A DNA stretch of 64,000 nt from a bacterium (GTDB lineage: Bacteria > Zhuqueibacterota > Zhuqueibacteria > Residuimicrobiales > Krinioviventaceae), in the NCBI GenBank assembly GCA_963675755.2, contig CAXXMD010000001.1, forward strand, positions 288,001-352,000, in the 5' to 3' direction. Of this stretch, positions 1 to 10,630 are shown piece by piece. Positions within the stretch are counted from its first letter, which is position 1, and every line of letters begins with the position of its first letter. The notes under the pieces were generated by a model, which did not search any database, was not told the DNA's origin, and worked only from the letters and a program-made list of their open reading frames with translations. The translations under genes were made by a program, and so were the position numbers.

Positions 1-2
1 TC

Positions 3-83
3 TTCAAGGTTACAGAAAACTCACTAATCTTGATGGAAACCGGTGGTGATCGAGTTGAACAGGTTTTTGAATTTAACCCATAA
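3..83 (+). CDS. 3' end of a CDS truncated by the window edge (…FKVTENSLILMETGGDRVEQVFEFNP*)
   Basis: Open frame from position 3 to TAA at 81-83, 18 bp before the next ATG at 102. Confidence 0.55.
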   Translation, partial: FKVTENSLILMETGGDRVEQVFEFNP

Positions 84-101
84 CAGGTCTGGTGAAATAA
101 T

Positions 102-1334
102 ATGAAAAAAATATTTTTGATTATTTTTCTCTTGTTGTTCTTTCAGCAGCTTTATTCACATAATGTGGGAGAGGTCCTTCCGCAATGGTCTGAAGGATAT
201 CTGGATATACACCATATCAATACGGGCAAGGGAGAATGTGTATTGTGTATATTGCCCGATGGTACTACGTTGTTGATTGATGCCGGAGCAACCAATCGAC
301 CCAAACCCCGAGTAACAGACCCCAGACCTGATGGTAGCAAAACACCCGGTGAATGGATTACCAGATATATAAATCACATGCTTTCTTTCAAGTCTGATAT
401 AATGCTGGATTATGTTTTACTTTCTCATTTTCACGATGACCATATGGGTAGTATAACAGATCAATCTCCCTTATCCCAAAATGGAAACTATCGATTGTCC
501 GGATTGACTGAGGTGGGAGATTATATACCAATTAAAAAATTAGTGGATCGTGCCTGGCCGGATTATAATTATCCGTATCCGCTCAAAAGCCGGATGATTG
601 AGAACTATCGCCAATTTCTTGACTGGCATATGGAAAATACCGGGTTGATTGCAGAAAAAATTATCCCCGGAAGTAATGAGCAATTTTTATTGAAAAATGA
701 TCCTGCAACATATCCGGGATTTGAGATCAGAAATGTTGCCGCAAATGGCGAGGTGTGGACGGGGGTTGCAAATAATACCCGACATCATTTTCCTCCCATT
801 GAAACTTTGGATAAATCTCAATTTCCTTCAGAAAATATGTGCAGCAGCGCAATAAAAATTTCTTACGGTAGTTTTGATTATTTTAATGGAGGCGATATAA
901 CCGGTGTGCTTGATGAAAATTCTCCCGTATGGAGAGATGTTGAGACTCCGGTAGCAAAAGCTGTGGGTCCAGTTGAAGTGAACGAGTTGAATCATCATGG
1001 TTATACCGATTCTGAAAACGCGTTTTTTGTGAGCACACTTGCTCCTCAGGTGCATATATTACAGGTTTGGTCGCCAAGCCATCCCACAATGCGCGTATTG
1101 CGTCGGTTACTGTCCACAGATCTGTATCCCGGTCCCCGGGATATTTTTGCAACCAATATGATGCAGGAAAACAATGTCGTAATAGGCAGCAACCTGAGTA
1201 AATTGAAAAGTGATCAGGGACATATACTCGTAAGAGTTGAACCCGGTGGCGATTCTTTTCATATCATTATTCTGGATGATGCTGCTGAGAGTTATAAAGT
1301 TAAATCCGTCCATGGGCCATACAAAAGCCGATGA
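102..1334 (+). CDS. Secreted metallo-beta-lactamase-fold hydrolase (ComEC/Rec2-like MBL domain)
   Basis: Signal peptide MKKIFLIIFLLL; motifs HHINTGKGEC, LLIDAG, SHFHDDHMG (HxHxDH), GGDI, NHHG. Confidence 0.8.
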   Translation: MKKIFLIIFLLLFFQQLYSHNVGEVLPQWSEGYLDIHHINTGKGECVLCILPDGTTLLIDAGATNRPKPRVTDPRPDGSKTPGEWITRYINHMLSFKSDIMLDYVLLSHFHDDHMGSITDQSPLSQNGNYRLSGLTEVGDYIPIKKLVDRAWPDYNYPYPLKSRMIENYRQFLDWHMENTGLIAEKIIPGSNEQFLLKNDPATYPGFEIRNVAANGEVWTGVANNTRHHFPPIETLDKSQFPSENMCSSAIKISYGSFDYFNGGDITGVLDENSPVWRDVETPVAKAVGPVEVNELNHHGYTDSENAFFVSTLAPQVHILQVWSPSHPTMRVLRRLLSTDLYPGPRDIFATNMMQENNVVIGSNLSKLKSDQGHILVRVEPGGDSFHIIILDDAAESYKVKSVHGPYKSR

Positions 1335-1383
1335 TTTTTACCAGAACCAAATACCTGAAAGCGAGAAAAGGATGAGAACCAAC

Positions 1384-3582
1384 ATGAGGAAAAGATCAGG
1401 TAGTCTTTTTATTATTTGTTTTATTGTATTTATTACAACTGTAAATGTATTTGCAGCAGAGATTAAAGGTGTTATAACCGATGCAGATAAAAATACACCG
1501 TTATCCGGTGTAAATGTAACCGTTAAAGGTACAGATACAGGTGCATCAACGAATGCACGTGGTGAATATGCTATCAAAGGGATACAGCCCGGTTCATATT
1601 TACTGGTTATATCCATGATGGGGTATGATGAACAAATCAAATCCGTAAATGTTTCCGTAGCAAAAACAGCAACAATGAACGCGCAACTAGATCCGGTGGT
1701 TATACCCATGCAGGCAGTACAAATTATGGGGCGTAGCACACGTAATATTATCGAAAATCCGGAAATGGTTTCTCCCGGATTGGGAATTTCAACAACCATA
1801 ATCGATCGTAAAGAGATTGAAAAACAAGCACCCGTTACTTTGATTGATGCATTGCAGTATATTCCAGGTGCGGTAGTTGAAACCCGGGGACGTAAAGTAA
1901 AACAGTTTTTCTCTGTTCGCGGGCAGCGATATCCATATCCCGATTATGCTATTGACGGAGTTTGGCAAAAAGAATTCCATGAAACACCCTATGTATTTCC
2001 GGCATCCATGATCGAATCAATCCAGATCATACGGTCTAGTGCCGCATTGCTATCAGGATTAGGTGGATTGTCTGGCGTAATTGATGTAAAAACCCGTGAA
2101 TTTGATCAACCCGAAACCACCACTGAACTGGAGTATGGTTCGTTTAATACGTTCCGCGGACATGTTTCTCATGGCGCAACCCGGGGTACGGTTTCTTATG
2201 CGGGAGGGATAGGATATTATCAAACAGATGGCCCGGATGATAGACACGCAGCCGAAACCCTTGCTAACGGATTTGCCAAAGTTAAATGGCAGCCATCTGA
2301 CCAATTTTATGTACAGTCTTCAATCATTCACCTTAATGGAACCCGTGAACTTGCAACAGGTTTGCCGCCTGCTGCTGAAAAATTTTATGTGAATCTTGAA
2401 GAGTTTGATCCTGTAAAAACAACACTGGTTTCTTTACGTTCTCAATACATTGAAAGCGAGAATGCTTCGACGGAAATCAAGCTGTCTTATGCGGATCGAA
2501 AACCGGTATATCACATTGAGTATACATCACTGGATGCAGATGCTGAACAGGATGAATATGACCATGAATTTAATGCCGGTCTGATTCAATCATTGTCTTT
2601 GGTTCGTAACAATGTTTTAAGAGCTGGCTTGTTGTACAATCACTGGGTAGCGCCTGAAGGAAAGCGTTTCTATACTGGTAAACCCTGTGATACTGAAACT
2701 ATTGCCGCAGTTTTGACGGATGAGCACCAGTTTGGTCGTTTGCAGATAGACGCGGGATTCAAATGGCAGCGTTCTTATTACAACGAATATGGTGGTTTTG
2801 GAATAGAGGGAAGTGCCAAAGGTTTTCAAAAAGTTGAACCTATTATGGATGAATGGCAAAAACCATTGTTGATTGGTTCGTTAGGAATGTCTTATTATTT
2901 GAATCAAAGTATTACTCTGAACCTGAATGCTTCAGCCGGTAGTATTGAACCCAGAAGCGGCAGTCTGGATGTAAATATGGCAGAACCTCTGAATGAAAAA
3001 CGTACCCAGATTGATGCGGGCATTCACTATAATTTTGAAAATGTGGGTGATATTGCGTTTACTGCCTTTACAGTTTATCAGCAGGATGCTATTGTCCTGA
3101 GTGGTAAAACCTATACATTAAATGATAAAGTGATGGAATTGTACCTGAACCGTGATCAGGTACAATCCGGTATTGAAGTGGAAGCCAGGGCCAATACGCT
3201 GTGGAACAAGATTCAACCTTTTTGCAATGTAACCTGGATGGTCAGTAAACAGGATGAGGATGGAGACATGGTTGAATCCAAAGAGTTCCCAACATTGGTT
3301 TCATCTGCGGGTATTTATGGGAAATGGTCACGATTGGATGTGAATATGCTGATCAAGTATATCTCATCTTTTGAAAACTCGCGTTTTTCAGCAATACCTG
3401 AACCACAGCCATTGGGTGATTTTGTTAATATGGATATCATTGCCGGATGGGATTTTGCTCCTCTGTTACCTGTGCATGTGTACGCAGAGATACGAAATGT
3501 TTCTGACGAATTATATTCTACAGTTGTAGGATTTCCTGATTTTGGTCGTCGATTTAACCTAAGAGTTGTACATCGTTTTTAA
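1384..3582 (+). CDS. TonB-dependent outer-membrane receptor with N-terminal carboxypeptidase-regulatory-like domain
   Basis: ORF track starts at 1237, overlapping the previous gene; likely start is ATG 1372 or 1384, before the signal peptide ending VFA. IKGVITD…GVNV…TNARGEY domain, plug motifs (DALQYIPG, IDGV, IESIQIIR, GVIDVKT), C-terminal Phe. Not SusC-like. Confidence 0.88.
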   Translation: MRKRSGSLFIICFIVFITTVNVFAAEIKGVITDADKNTPLSGVNVTVKGTDTGASTNARGEYAIKGIQPGSYLLVISMMGYDEQIKSVNVSVAKTATMNAQLDPVVIPMQAVQIMGRSTRNIIENPEMVSPGLGISTTIIDRKEIEKQAPVTLIDALQYIPGAVVETRGRKVKQFFSVRGQRYPYPDYAIDGVWQKEFHETPYVFPASMIESIQIIRSSAALLSGLGGLSGVIDVKTREFDQPETTTELEYGSFNTFRGHVSHGATRGTVSYAGGIGYYQTDGPDDRHAAETLANGFAKVKWQPSDQFYVQSSIIHLNGTRELATGLPPAAEKFYVNLEEFDPVKTTLVSLRSQYIESENASTEIKLSYADRKPVYHIEYTSLDADAEQDEYDHEFNAGLIQSLSLVRNNVLRAGLLYNHWVAPEGKRFYTGKPCDTETIAAVLTDEHQFGRLQIDAGFKWQRSYYNEYGGFGIEGSAKGFQKVEPIMDEWQKPLLIGSLGMSYYLNQSITLNLNASAGSIEPRSGSLDVNMAEPLNEKRTQIDAGIHYNFENVGDIAFTAFTVYQQDAIVLSGKTYTLNDKVMELYLNRDQVQSGIEVEARANTLWNKIQPFCNVTWMVSKQDEDGDMVESKEFPTLVSSAGIYGKWSRLDVNMLIKYISSFENSRFSAIPEPQPLGDFVNMDIIAGWDFAPLLPVHVYAEIRNVSDELYSTVVGFPDFGRRFNLRVVHRF

Positions 3583-3599
3583 TTTATGAAAAAAGTAGT

Positions 3600-4802
3600 A
3601 TGAAAAAGAAAATTTTGATTCTATTTGCCGGGACCCTGTTTTTTTTGGTCCTGGCAAAATCGTTTGTATTTGCCTGTAATGTTCCTGTCTTTCGATACGC
3701 GTTAGAACGCTGGAGTGCTGATCCGTATCGGCTAATCGTGTTTTACGAAAACAATTTCTCTGAAGATGAACAGACGTTAATTGAAGAGCTGGAACAGTCT
3801 GCAGCGGATTCTACTTTAAACATCTCGGTTACACTATTAAATATCCATGATGTTCCCGAGAATGCAAGACCCATGAATGCCACGCAATATCCCTGGATGG
3901 AATTGCATTATCCTGTATCCGCAAATATTCGGGGACATGTTTGGGCAAATACATTAACTCGTGAAAATACAGCGTTAATTTCAGATTCAAAGATGTTGAC
4001 CGAATTATCGACCCGATTGATCAATGGTGATGCCGCGGTCTGGATTTTGCTGGAATGCAGTGACGAGCACAAAAATGCTGATGCAAAATCTTTGTTGGAA
4101 AAAACACTGAAGAACATGACAAAAGAACTCAAAGTTCCAACAATCGGGTATGATATCAATGGAAATGAGATCAAGGTTGATGATTTTAAAGATTATGATG
4201 TTACTTTTTCAATGCTGTCGCTTTCCAAAAAAAATACAAATGAATCGGTTCTGGTTCAAATTTTACTGGGTTCTGAAGAAGATTTGACGTATTTTGATGA
4301 ACCTATGGCGTTTCCGGTTTTTGGAAGAGGCCGGGCTTTATATGGATTAATTGGCAAAGGTCTGAGTCAAAAAAATATAGAATATGCTTGCCAATCCATT
4401 GTCGGTTGGTGTTCCTGTGAGATCAAAGACGATAATCCGGGTATTGATTTGTTAATCAATCGGGATTGGTCGAATCCAGTAGGAGGTACTCTGGTTAAAA
4501 ATGAACCTTTACCACCATTAACAGGTATTTCTGCGTTTATTGAAGACACAGATACTACCCCAAAAGCTGAAAAGTCGTTAAAACAAATCGATACTGAATC
4601 TGAGCTAATGGTAAAAGACAGTATTAACTCAGATACAATCCAAACAAAATCCAGGCATGATTCACTGGATATTACAATCTCGCCTGTTACTGTGGTTGAG
4701 AAAAAAAACAGCAACCTTTTATTGAGAAATATTTTATTTTTGTTTGGCACAGGTTTAGCGGTATTGCTGTTGGTTACCTGGTTGGTACAGCGAAAGAAAT
4801 AA
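3600..4802 (+). CDS. Conserved hypothetical exported protein with C-terminal TM anchor (CNVPVFRYALERW; WCSC motif)
   Basis: Signal peptide, PVFGRGRALY, GWCSCEIK…NPGIDLL, low-complexity linker, terminal TM helix followed by RKK. Confidence 0.75.
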   Translation: MKKKILILFAGTLFFLVLAKSFVFACNVPVFRYALERWSADPYRLIVFYENNFSEDEQTLIEELEQSAADSTLNISVTLLNIHDVPENARPMNATQYPWMELHYPVSANIRGHVWANTLTRENTALISDSKMLTELSTRLINGDAAVWILLECSDEHKNADAKSLLEKTLKNMTKELKVPTIGYDINGNEIKVDDFKDYDVTFSMLSLSKKNTNESVLVQILLGSEEDLTYFDEPMAFPVFGRGRALYGLIGKGLSQKNIEYACQSIVGWCSCEIKDDNPGIDLLINRDWSNPVGGTLVKNEPLPPLTGISAFIEDTDTTPKAEKSLKQIDTESELMVKDSINSDTIQTKSRHDSLDITISPVTVVEKKNSNLLLRNILFLFGTGLAVLLLVTWLVQRKK

Positions 4803-4821
4803 TAGGAATTTGGGAAAATAA

Positions 4822-6087
4822 ATGAAAATTTGGAATTTGGTTATCAAAGAGATCATTCAGCGGAAATTGAATTTTACTCTTGGCTTGATCTCGGTTATCA
4901 TTGCCGTTACCGCTCTTGCCGGTTCTGTATTCATGTTACGAATACATGATTTGCAAACCGAAGAGATTATTGCTAATAAGCAAAAAGAGACCGAAGAAAG
5001 AATGGCTCTTTTAAAAGATGATTACCGCAAAATCATGAAGTTGTTGGGATTCAATCTGCTCATTCTGCCGGAAAATCAAAATCTGGCAGATTTGTATGCA
5101 AACGATTATGCTACACAATATATGAGTGAAGATTATGTTACAAAGCTCTCCAACTCTAAAATGATGTCCATTCGACACTTACTCCCGAGTATAGAACAAA
5201 AAGTAAAGTGGCCGGAAGAAAAAAGGACTATAATTCTCATCGGTACCCGGGGTGAAGTCCCTTTTGCGCATCGTGATCCCAAAGAACCCATGTTGATTGC
5301 CGTCCCCAAAGACAGCCTGGTAATGGGTTACGAGTTGTGGAACAGTATTGGTTTAAAGGTGGGAGATACGGTTAAATTATTTGACAGAAATTTTTCTATC
5401 CAAAAGTGTAACGAAGAACGTGGAAGCAAGGATGATATTTCAATCTGGGTAGAGCTTGCTCAAGCTCAGGATATCCTCAACCGTCCCAATCAGATCAATG
5501 CAATCCTTGCATTAAAATGTCATTGTTTTGGTAATAATATTTCCCAGGTACGGGATGAAATTAAAGCTATTTTGCCCGGTACCAAAGTCATTGAAAAAGA
5601 TACCAAGGTTGTAACCCGTGCAGAAGCCCGTGACAGGGCAGCCTTGGAAGCCCAGCAGGCAATTGATGCTGAAATAGCGAATCGGCAGGCTATGAAGGAG
5701 GAACGCGAAAAATTGCTTTCCATTCTGCTTCCTCTTATATTACTTGCATGTGCCGTTTGGATTGTACTTTTATTCATTATTAATGTACGGGAACGTAAAA
5801 GTGAGATCGGTATTCTACGGGCTATTGGTGTGCATTCATCGGCAATCTTAAGACTTTTTCTCATCAAAGCTTTAATTATGGGAGTTGCAGGTGGCTTGCT
5901 GGGATACATGCTTGCCTTTATTACCGGTAAATTGTTTTATAATGTCTTGACTCTTATGAGCGTATCAGGACCGGAATTGTTTTTTACTGCAATCATCATG
6001 TCTACTCTGCTGGCAGTTATTGCAAGTTGGGTACCCGCATTACTGGCTTCAAAACAAGATCCTGCAGAAATATTGAGAGAGGAGTAG
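4822..6087 (+). CDS. ABC transporter permease, FtsX/MacB/LolE family
   Basis: One N-terminal TM, large periplasmic loop, NVRERKSEIGILRAIG, three C-terminal TMs ending DPAEILREE. Confidence 0.9.
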   Translation: MKIWNLVIKEIIQRKLNFTLGLISVIIAVTALAGSVFMLRIHDLQTEEIIANKQKETEERMALLKDDYRKIMKLLGFNLLILPENQNLADLYANDYATQYMSEDYVTKLSNSKMMSIRHLLPSIEQKVKWPEEKRTIILIGTRGEVPFAHRDPKEPMLIAVPKDSLVMGYELWNSIGLKVGDTVKLFDRNFSIQKCNEERGSKDDISIWVELAQAQDILNRPNQINAILALKCHCFGNNISQVRDEIKAILPGTKVIEKDTKVVTRAEARDRAALEAQQAIDAEIANRQAMKEEREKLLSILLPLILLACAVWIVLLFIINVRERKSEIGILRAIGVHSSAILRLFLIKALIMGVAGGLLGYMLAFITGKLFYNVLTLMSVSGPELFFTAIIMSTLLAVIASWVPALLASKQDPAEILREE

Positions 6088-6090
6088 ACA

Positions 6091-6726
6091 TTGCTTAAAC
6101 TGGAACATGTAAATAAAGCTTATAATAAAGACCACCATAAAGTAGATGTATTGACCGATTTTACATTAGAAATTGGTAAAGGCGAATTTGTTGCCATTAA
6201 AGGTCCCAGTGGTTGTGGTAAAACCACATTGTTATTGATTGCCGGCGGGCTGTTAGAACCCGATTCCGGCGAGGTTATTGTTAATAATGAAAATATGTAT
6301 CAAAAAAGCCCTGAAGAACGTTCCATGTTTCGAGCAGGAAATATTGGATTTGTTTTTCAACAATATCATCTCATTCCATATTTAACGGTTTTGGAAAACA
6401 TCATGGCTCCCGGTCTTGCCAAAGGTGTTCATGTAGAAACAGATAAAGCATATGAACTTTTGGAACGATTTGGAATTGCTCATCGTGCCAAACATGTACC
6501 GGGTGAAATGAGTGTGGGAGAAAAGCAGCGCGTTGCTTTGGCCAGAGCTTTGGTTAATGAGCCTGCAATACTGTTAGCAGATGAAATTACCGGTAATCTG
6601 GATGAAAAAAATATCGATATTGTAACCGGTTATCTTGATGATTATCATCAAAAGGGAGGTACAATCGTTCTTGTAACTCATGATCACAATACCGCGGAAA
6701 AAGCTGAAAAAATAATTTCATTATAA
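6091..6726 (+). CDS. ABC transporter ATP-binding protein, LolD/MacB family
   Basis: TTG start after GAGGAG; Walker A GPSGCGKTT, IGFVFQ, signature MSVGEKQRV, Walker B LLADE, VTHD. Confidence 0.93.
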   Translation: MLKLEHVNKAYNKDHHKVDVLTDFTLEIGKGEFVAIKGPSGCGKTTLLLIAGGLLEPDSGEVIVNNENMYQKSPEERSMFRAGNIGFVFQQYHLIPYLTVLENIMAPGLAKGVHVETDKAYELLERFGIAHRAKHVPGEMSVGEKQRVALARALVNEPAILLADEITGNLDEKNIDIVTGYLDDYHQKGGTIVLVTHDHNTAEKAEKIISL

Positions 6727-6743
6727 ATATATCAAGGGTAGAT

Positions 6744-9700
6744 ATGAAAAAAGCAGTATTTATGGTTTTTACAGTTTTAATTCTGACATCTGTTGTTACA
6801 AATGTTTTTGCTGTAGACTGGCCCATGTGGCGTTTTGATGAGGGTAGAAGTGCATGCTCAACAGAGCAATTGCCAGATCAGTTGGATGCAATTTGGTCCT
6901 GGAAATTCAGCCCTCGTGAACCGGTCTGGGATGATCCCCTAAACCGCGATATGATGCAATATGATAAACAGTTTGAACCCATTGTTTTGGGAAATACATT
7001 GTTTGTAGGCTTTAATGATAAAGACAAGGTTGTTGCCATAGATACAGAAAGCGGCCAGGTAAAGTGGAGTTTTTATGCGGACGGACCGGTTAGGATGCCG
7101 TTGGCAGGCAGAAATGGCAAACTCTATTTTACCAGTGATGATGGTTTTTTGTATTGTCTTTCTGCGATAAGCGGAGAGGTTTTGTGGAAGTTCCAGGGAG
7201 GTCCGCTTGACCGTAAAATACTGGGGAATAAACGCTTGATCTCATCCTGGCCCGCACGTGGTGGTGTTGTATTAAAAGACGACAAGGTTTATTTTGCTGC
7301 CAGTATCTGGCCGTTAATGGGTACATTTATTTATTCGCTTGATGCAGAAACCGGAAAGGTTGTTTGGCGTAACGAAGGTATGGGCTCCCGTTATATGCTG
7401 CAGCCCCACAATTCGCCGGCTTTTGCCAGTATTGCTCCCCAAGGGACCTTTGTAGTGAGTGGTGATTATCTGTTAATTCCCGGTGGCAGGTCTGTACCGG
7501 CATGTTTTGACCGTCATACCGGGGAAATGATCTATTACCATCTAGCGGATTATAACAAGAATGGTGGTGCATTTGTTTGCGCCAATGATACTTATTTTTT
7601 CAATCATGCGCGTGACAGAGAAACCAATCTATTCGATCTGAAAACCGGAGAACGGTTATTGCACAATTTGGGCAAGTATCCTGTACTGGATGACAAGGTC
7701 TTTTACATGTCAGGTGATTCTATTATTGTGCGTAATGCCCTTGATCCGGAAAAAATATTATCAGTTATCCAGGTTGAAGCGAATGGTGATCTGATCAAAG
7801 CAGGTAACTTTCTTTATGCAGGAGGAAAAGATCATATTACCTGTATTGATGTAAACGACAGTGAGAATCAAGGTAGGATCAAGTGGACCCAAAAAATTGA
7901 TGGTACTATCGCTCGATTAATAGCTGCCAATGAAAAACTATTTGCCGTAACAACAAAAGGTGAAATTTTAGCTTTTGGAACCAGGTCATCATCTTTTAAT
8001 CAGTATGCTGAAAACAAATCGGATGATTTTAAAATTGATAAATCTATCTCGAAAATTCTTGAACAAACAGATACCCAAGAAGGTTATGCACTGTATTATG
8101 GAATTGATAAAGATAAACTCGCAAGTTTTGCAAAGCAATCCGAGTTTTCCATTATTGCGTTTGAAGCGGATCCTAATAAAGTTGATGGATTGCGAAAAGA
8201 ATTTGATGCTAATGGATTGTTGAGTGCAAAATTGAGCATTTTACCGGGTGAACCGGAAACCGCATCCGTACCTCCATATATGGCTTCATTGATTGTGGTG
8301 AATAATGTTGACCGTATTCGAAAAATGAATGATTTGAATAGCCTTGCACATCTGTTTGATGCAATTCGTCCATATGGTGGTAAAATGTGGATGCCCGATA
8401 AAAAAGGTTTGTTTGAAAAATTGACCAATTTTGCCAAAGGTTATTCTGAAAGTGAATTGAATGTTGAAAAAGTCAAAGACGGTATTGTTGTTTGTAAAAC
8501 CGGCCCTTTAAAAGGTGCCTCAAACTGGACCCATCAGTATGGAAATATCTCCAACACGGTAAAGTCGGATGATGAACTGGTAAAATTGCCTCTGGGTATT
8601 CTCTGGTTTGGCGGTAACTCGAATCTGGAAGTATTACCCCGACATGGGCATGGCCCCCCGGAACAGATTATGGATGGACGTTTAATCATTGAAGGAATGG
8701 ATTGTATCAGTGCACGTGATGTATATACCGGGCGGGTTTTTTGGAAAACTGAACTGGACTGTACGAATGTTTATGATACCTATTATGATGAATCCTATAC
8801 TGATACACCATTGGTTGCAACATATAACCAGGAGCATTTACCCGGTGCAAATTCACGCAATACCAATTTTGTTGTAACCAAAGATAATGTGTACGTCCTG
8901 GAAAATGACACCTGCCGTGTGTTGGATATTGAAACCGGCAAAGATGTTAAAAAAATTATGCTGCCTGCTCAGGAAAATGAACAACCCGAGTGGGGATATA
9001 TTGGTATTGTTCAAGATCTGCTCATTGCAGGATCAGATTTTGTTCCATTTTCAGCAATGACACCGTTAACCAAAGAAGACGAAGCGGCAATGGCAGAAAT
9101 GTCTCGAAAAAATCGCCGCAAAGAAAAAATATGGGGTGATTTTGATGATACCGCTAGTAAAGAATTGGTCATTCTGGATCGTCATACCGCTCAAGTCAAA
9201 TGGGAACAATCATCGCGATATGGATTTATTCATAATGCCATAACAGCATCTGACGAACTTTTATACTGTCTGGACAAGCTTCCACCCGGTGTTGAAAAGA
9301 AAATGCAGCGTCGTGGTATGGATGCACCAACCGATTATCGATTAATAGCATATGATTTGGAAAGCGGCAAACCCGCATGGACGATAACAGAAGGTGTTTT
9401 TGGGAGCTGGCTCAGTTATTCCAAACAATATAATCGTCTCATTCAGGCAACACGTCCTTCACGAGATATGATACGCGGTGAAGATGGTGAGAGAATGTCA
9501 GTTTACAATGCCACCACTGGCGAGCTGATTTGGGACAAACCCATAGAATATCATAATCCTCCGATATTGCATGGTGATCGAATCATTACAGATAATGCAG
9601 CTTATAACCTGGAAACAGGTGAAGCAATCTTTAGAACGGATCCCATTACCGATCAGAAAATACAATGGACCTATTCACGAGCTTATGGTTGTAATTATAA

Positions 9701-10484
9701 TATTGCCAGTGAATACCTGCTTTCCTTTCGTTCAGCAGCAGCAGGATTTTATGATCTTTATCGTGAAAGTGGTACCGGTAATTTTGGTGGATTCAAATCC
9801 GGCTGTACTTCCAATCTGATAGCCGCAGGCGGACTGCTAAACGCTCCCGACTATACCCGTACCTGTCAATGCTCGTATCAGAATCAAACATCACTGGCGT
9901 TTATACATATGCCGGAGTTGGAATACTGGACGACCAATGATTTTGAGTGGAACGGCAGTGCTATACAACATGTGGGAATTAATCTGAATGCACCTGGTGA
10001 TCGTATTGATGACAACGGTACATTGTGGATGGATTATCCCAGTGTGGGTGGAAAATCACCGGATATACCCATCAAGATCGATTCTCTTGGAATAAGTGAT
10101 ATACGTAGGCATTCACTCTTTTTAGATCAAAATGGTTTTGAATGGATTGGAGCTTCTGCATTGACCGGTCCCATTGATCTGGATATTACAGTCGATAATG
10201 CTACAAATATTGAGCATATTTACAATATCAATCTGGTTTTTGCCGAGTTGGAAGATATGGAGCCCGGTGAGCGTGTGTTTGATGTCTATATTCAGGGTAT
10301 CAAAGTTCTTGCAGATTTTGATGTTGTCAAAGAAGCCGGGGGACAAGATCTCCCCATCACTCGATCATTTGAAGATATTAAAGTTACTCAAGATGTTGAA
10401 ATCCGTTGTGTTTCGGTGAATGGCTCTCAGGCAGATCCTTTATTGTGTGGAGTTGAATTGATAAATGCTTCATTCAGGCAATAA
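6744..10484 (+). CDS. Large secreted PQQ-like beta-propeller repeat protein with internal methyltransferase-like region and C-terminal malectin domain
   Basis: Signal peptide; DWPMWR start; repeated A-x-D-xx-S/TG-xxx-W propeller motifs in two blocks; C-terminal LVFAE…GERVFDVYIQG…DFDVVKEAGG malectin signature. Confidence 0.8.
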   Translation: MKKAVFMVFTVLILTSVVTNVFAVDWPMWRFDEGRSACSTEQLPDQLDAIWSWKFSPREPVWDDPLNRDMMQYDKQFEPIVLGNTLFVGFNDKDKVVAIDTESGQVKWSFYADGPVRMPLAGRNGKLYFTSDDGFLYCLSAISGEVLWKFQGGPLDRKILGNKRLISSWPARGGVVLKDDKVYFAASIWPLMGTFIYSLDAETGKVVWRNEGMGSRYMLQPHNSPAFASIAPQGTFVVSGDYLLIPGGRSVPACFDRHTGEMIYYHLADYNKNGGAFVCANDTYFFNHARDRETNLFDLKTGERLLHNLGKYPVLDDKVFYMSGDSIIVRNALDPEKILSVIQVEANGDLIKAGNFLYAGGKDHITCIDVNDSENQGRIKWTQKIDGTIARLIAANEKLFAVTTKGEILAFGTRSSSFNQYAENKSDDFKIDKSISKILEQTDTQEGYALYYGIDKDKLASFAKQSEFSIIAFEADPNKVDGLRKEFDANGLLSAKLSILPGEPETASVPPYMASLIVVNNVDRIRKMNDLNSLAHLFDAIRPYGGKMWMPDKKGLFEKLTNFAKGYSESELNVEKVKDGIVVCKTGPLKGASNWTHQYGNISNTVKSDDELVKLPLGILWFGGNSNLEVLPRHGHGPPEQIMDGRLIIEGMDCISARDVYTGRVFWKTELDCTNVYDTYYDESYTDTPLVATYNQEHLPGANSRNTNFVVTKDNVYVLENDTCRVLDIETGKDVKKIMLPAQENEQPEWGYIGIVQDLLIAGSDFVPFSAMTPLTKEDEAAMAEMSRKNRRKEKIWGDFDDTASKELVILDRHTAQVKWEQSSRYGFIHNAITASDELLYCLDKLPPGVEKKMQRRGMDAPTDYRLIAYDLESGKPAWTITEGVFGSWLSYSKQYNRLIQATRPSRDMIRGEDGERMSVYNATTGELIWDKPIEYHNPPILHGDRIITDNAAYNLETGEAIFRTDPITDQKIQWTYSRAYGCNYNIASEYLLSFRSAAAGFYDLYRESGTGNFGGFKSGCTSNLIAAGGLLNAPDYTRTCQCSYQNQTSLAFIHMPELEYWTTNDFEWNGSAIQHVGINLNAPGDRIDDNGTLWMDYPSVGGKSPDIPIKIDSLGISDIRRHSLFLDQNGFEWIGASALTGPIDLDITVDNATNIEHIYNINLVFAELEDMEPGERVFDVYIQGIKVLADFDVVKEAGGQDLPITRSFEDIKVTQDVEIRCVSVNGSQADPLLCGVELINASFRQ

Positions 10485-10508
10485 AGAGTAATGCACATAC
10501 AAATGAAA

Positions 10509-10538
10509 TTGATTTGATTATTATCCCTTTTTTATAAT
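10509..10538 (+). promoter_or_regulatory. Putative sigma70-type promoter for the first GH92 gene
   Basis: TTGATT (10509-14), 18-bp spacer, TATAAT (10533-38). Confidence 0.4.
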
Positions 10539-10630
10539 TGGAAATATTACAGACTGTCTTTATAATTATGAGACAGTCTGTTTTATATAGCATTTATAAT
10601 TTTTTTTATACTGAAACGAAAAGGAGCAAA

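Noticed and set aside
102-1334. Antibiotic-resistance beta-lactamase or competence gene comEC
   Set aside because: Motif spacing fits a stand-alone secreted ComEC-like MBL hydrolase, and it lacks the ComEC membrane domains
1237-1371. Extended N-terminus of the TonB receptor overlapping the MBL gene
   Set aside because: The signal peptide begins after ATG 1372/1384; the longer start is an ORF-caller artefact, as for 10538, 37591, 43171, 44600 and 62433
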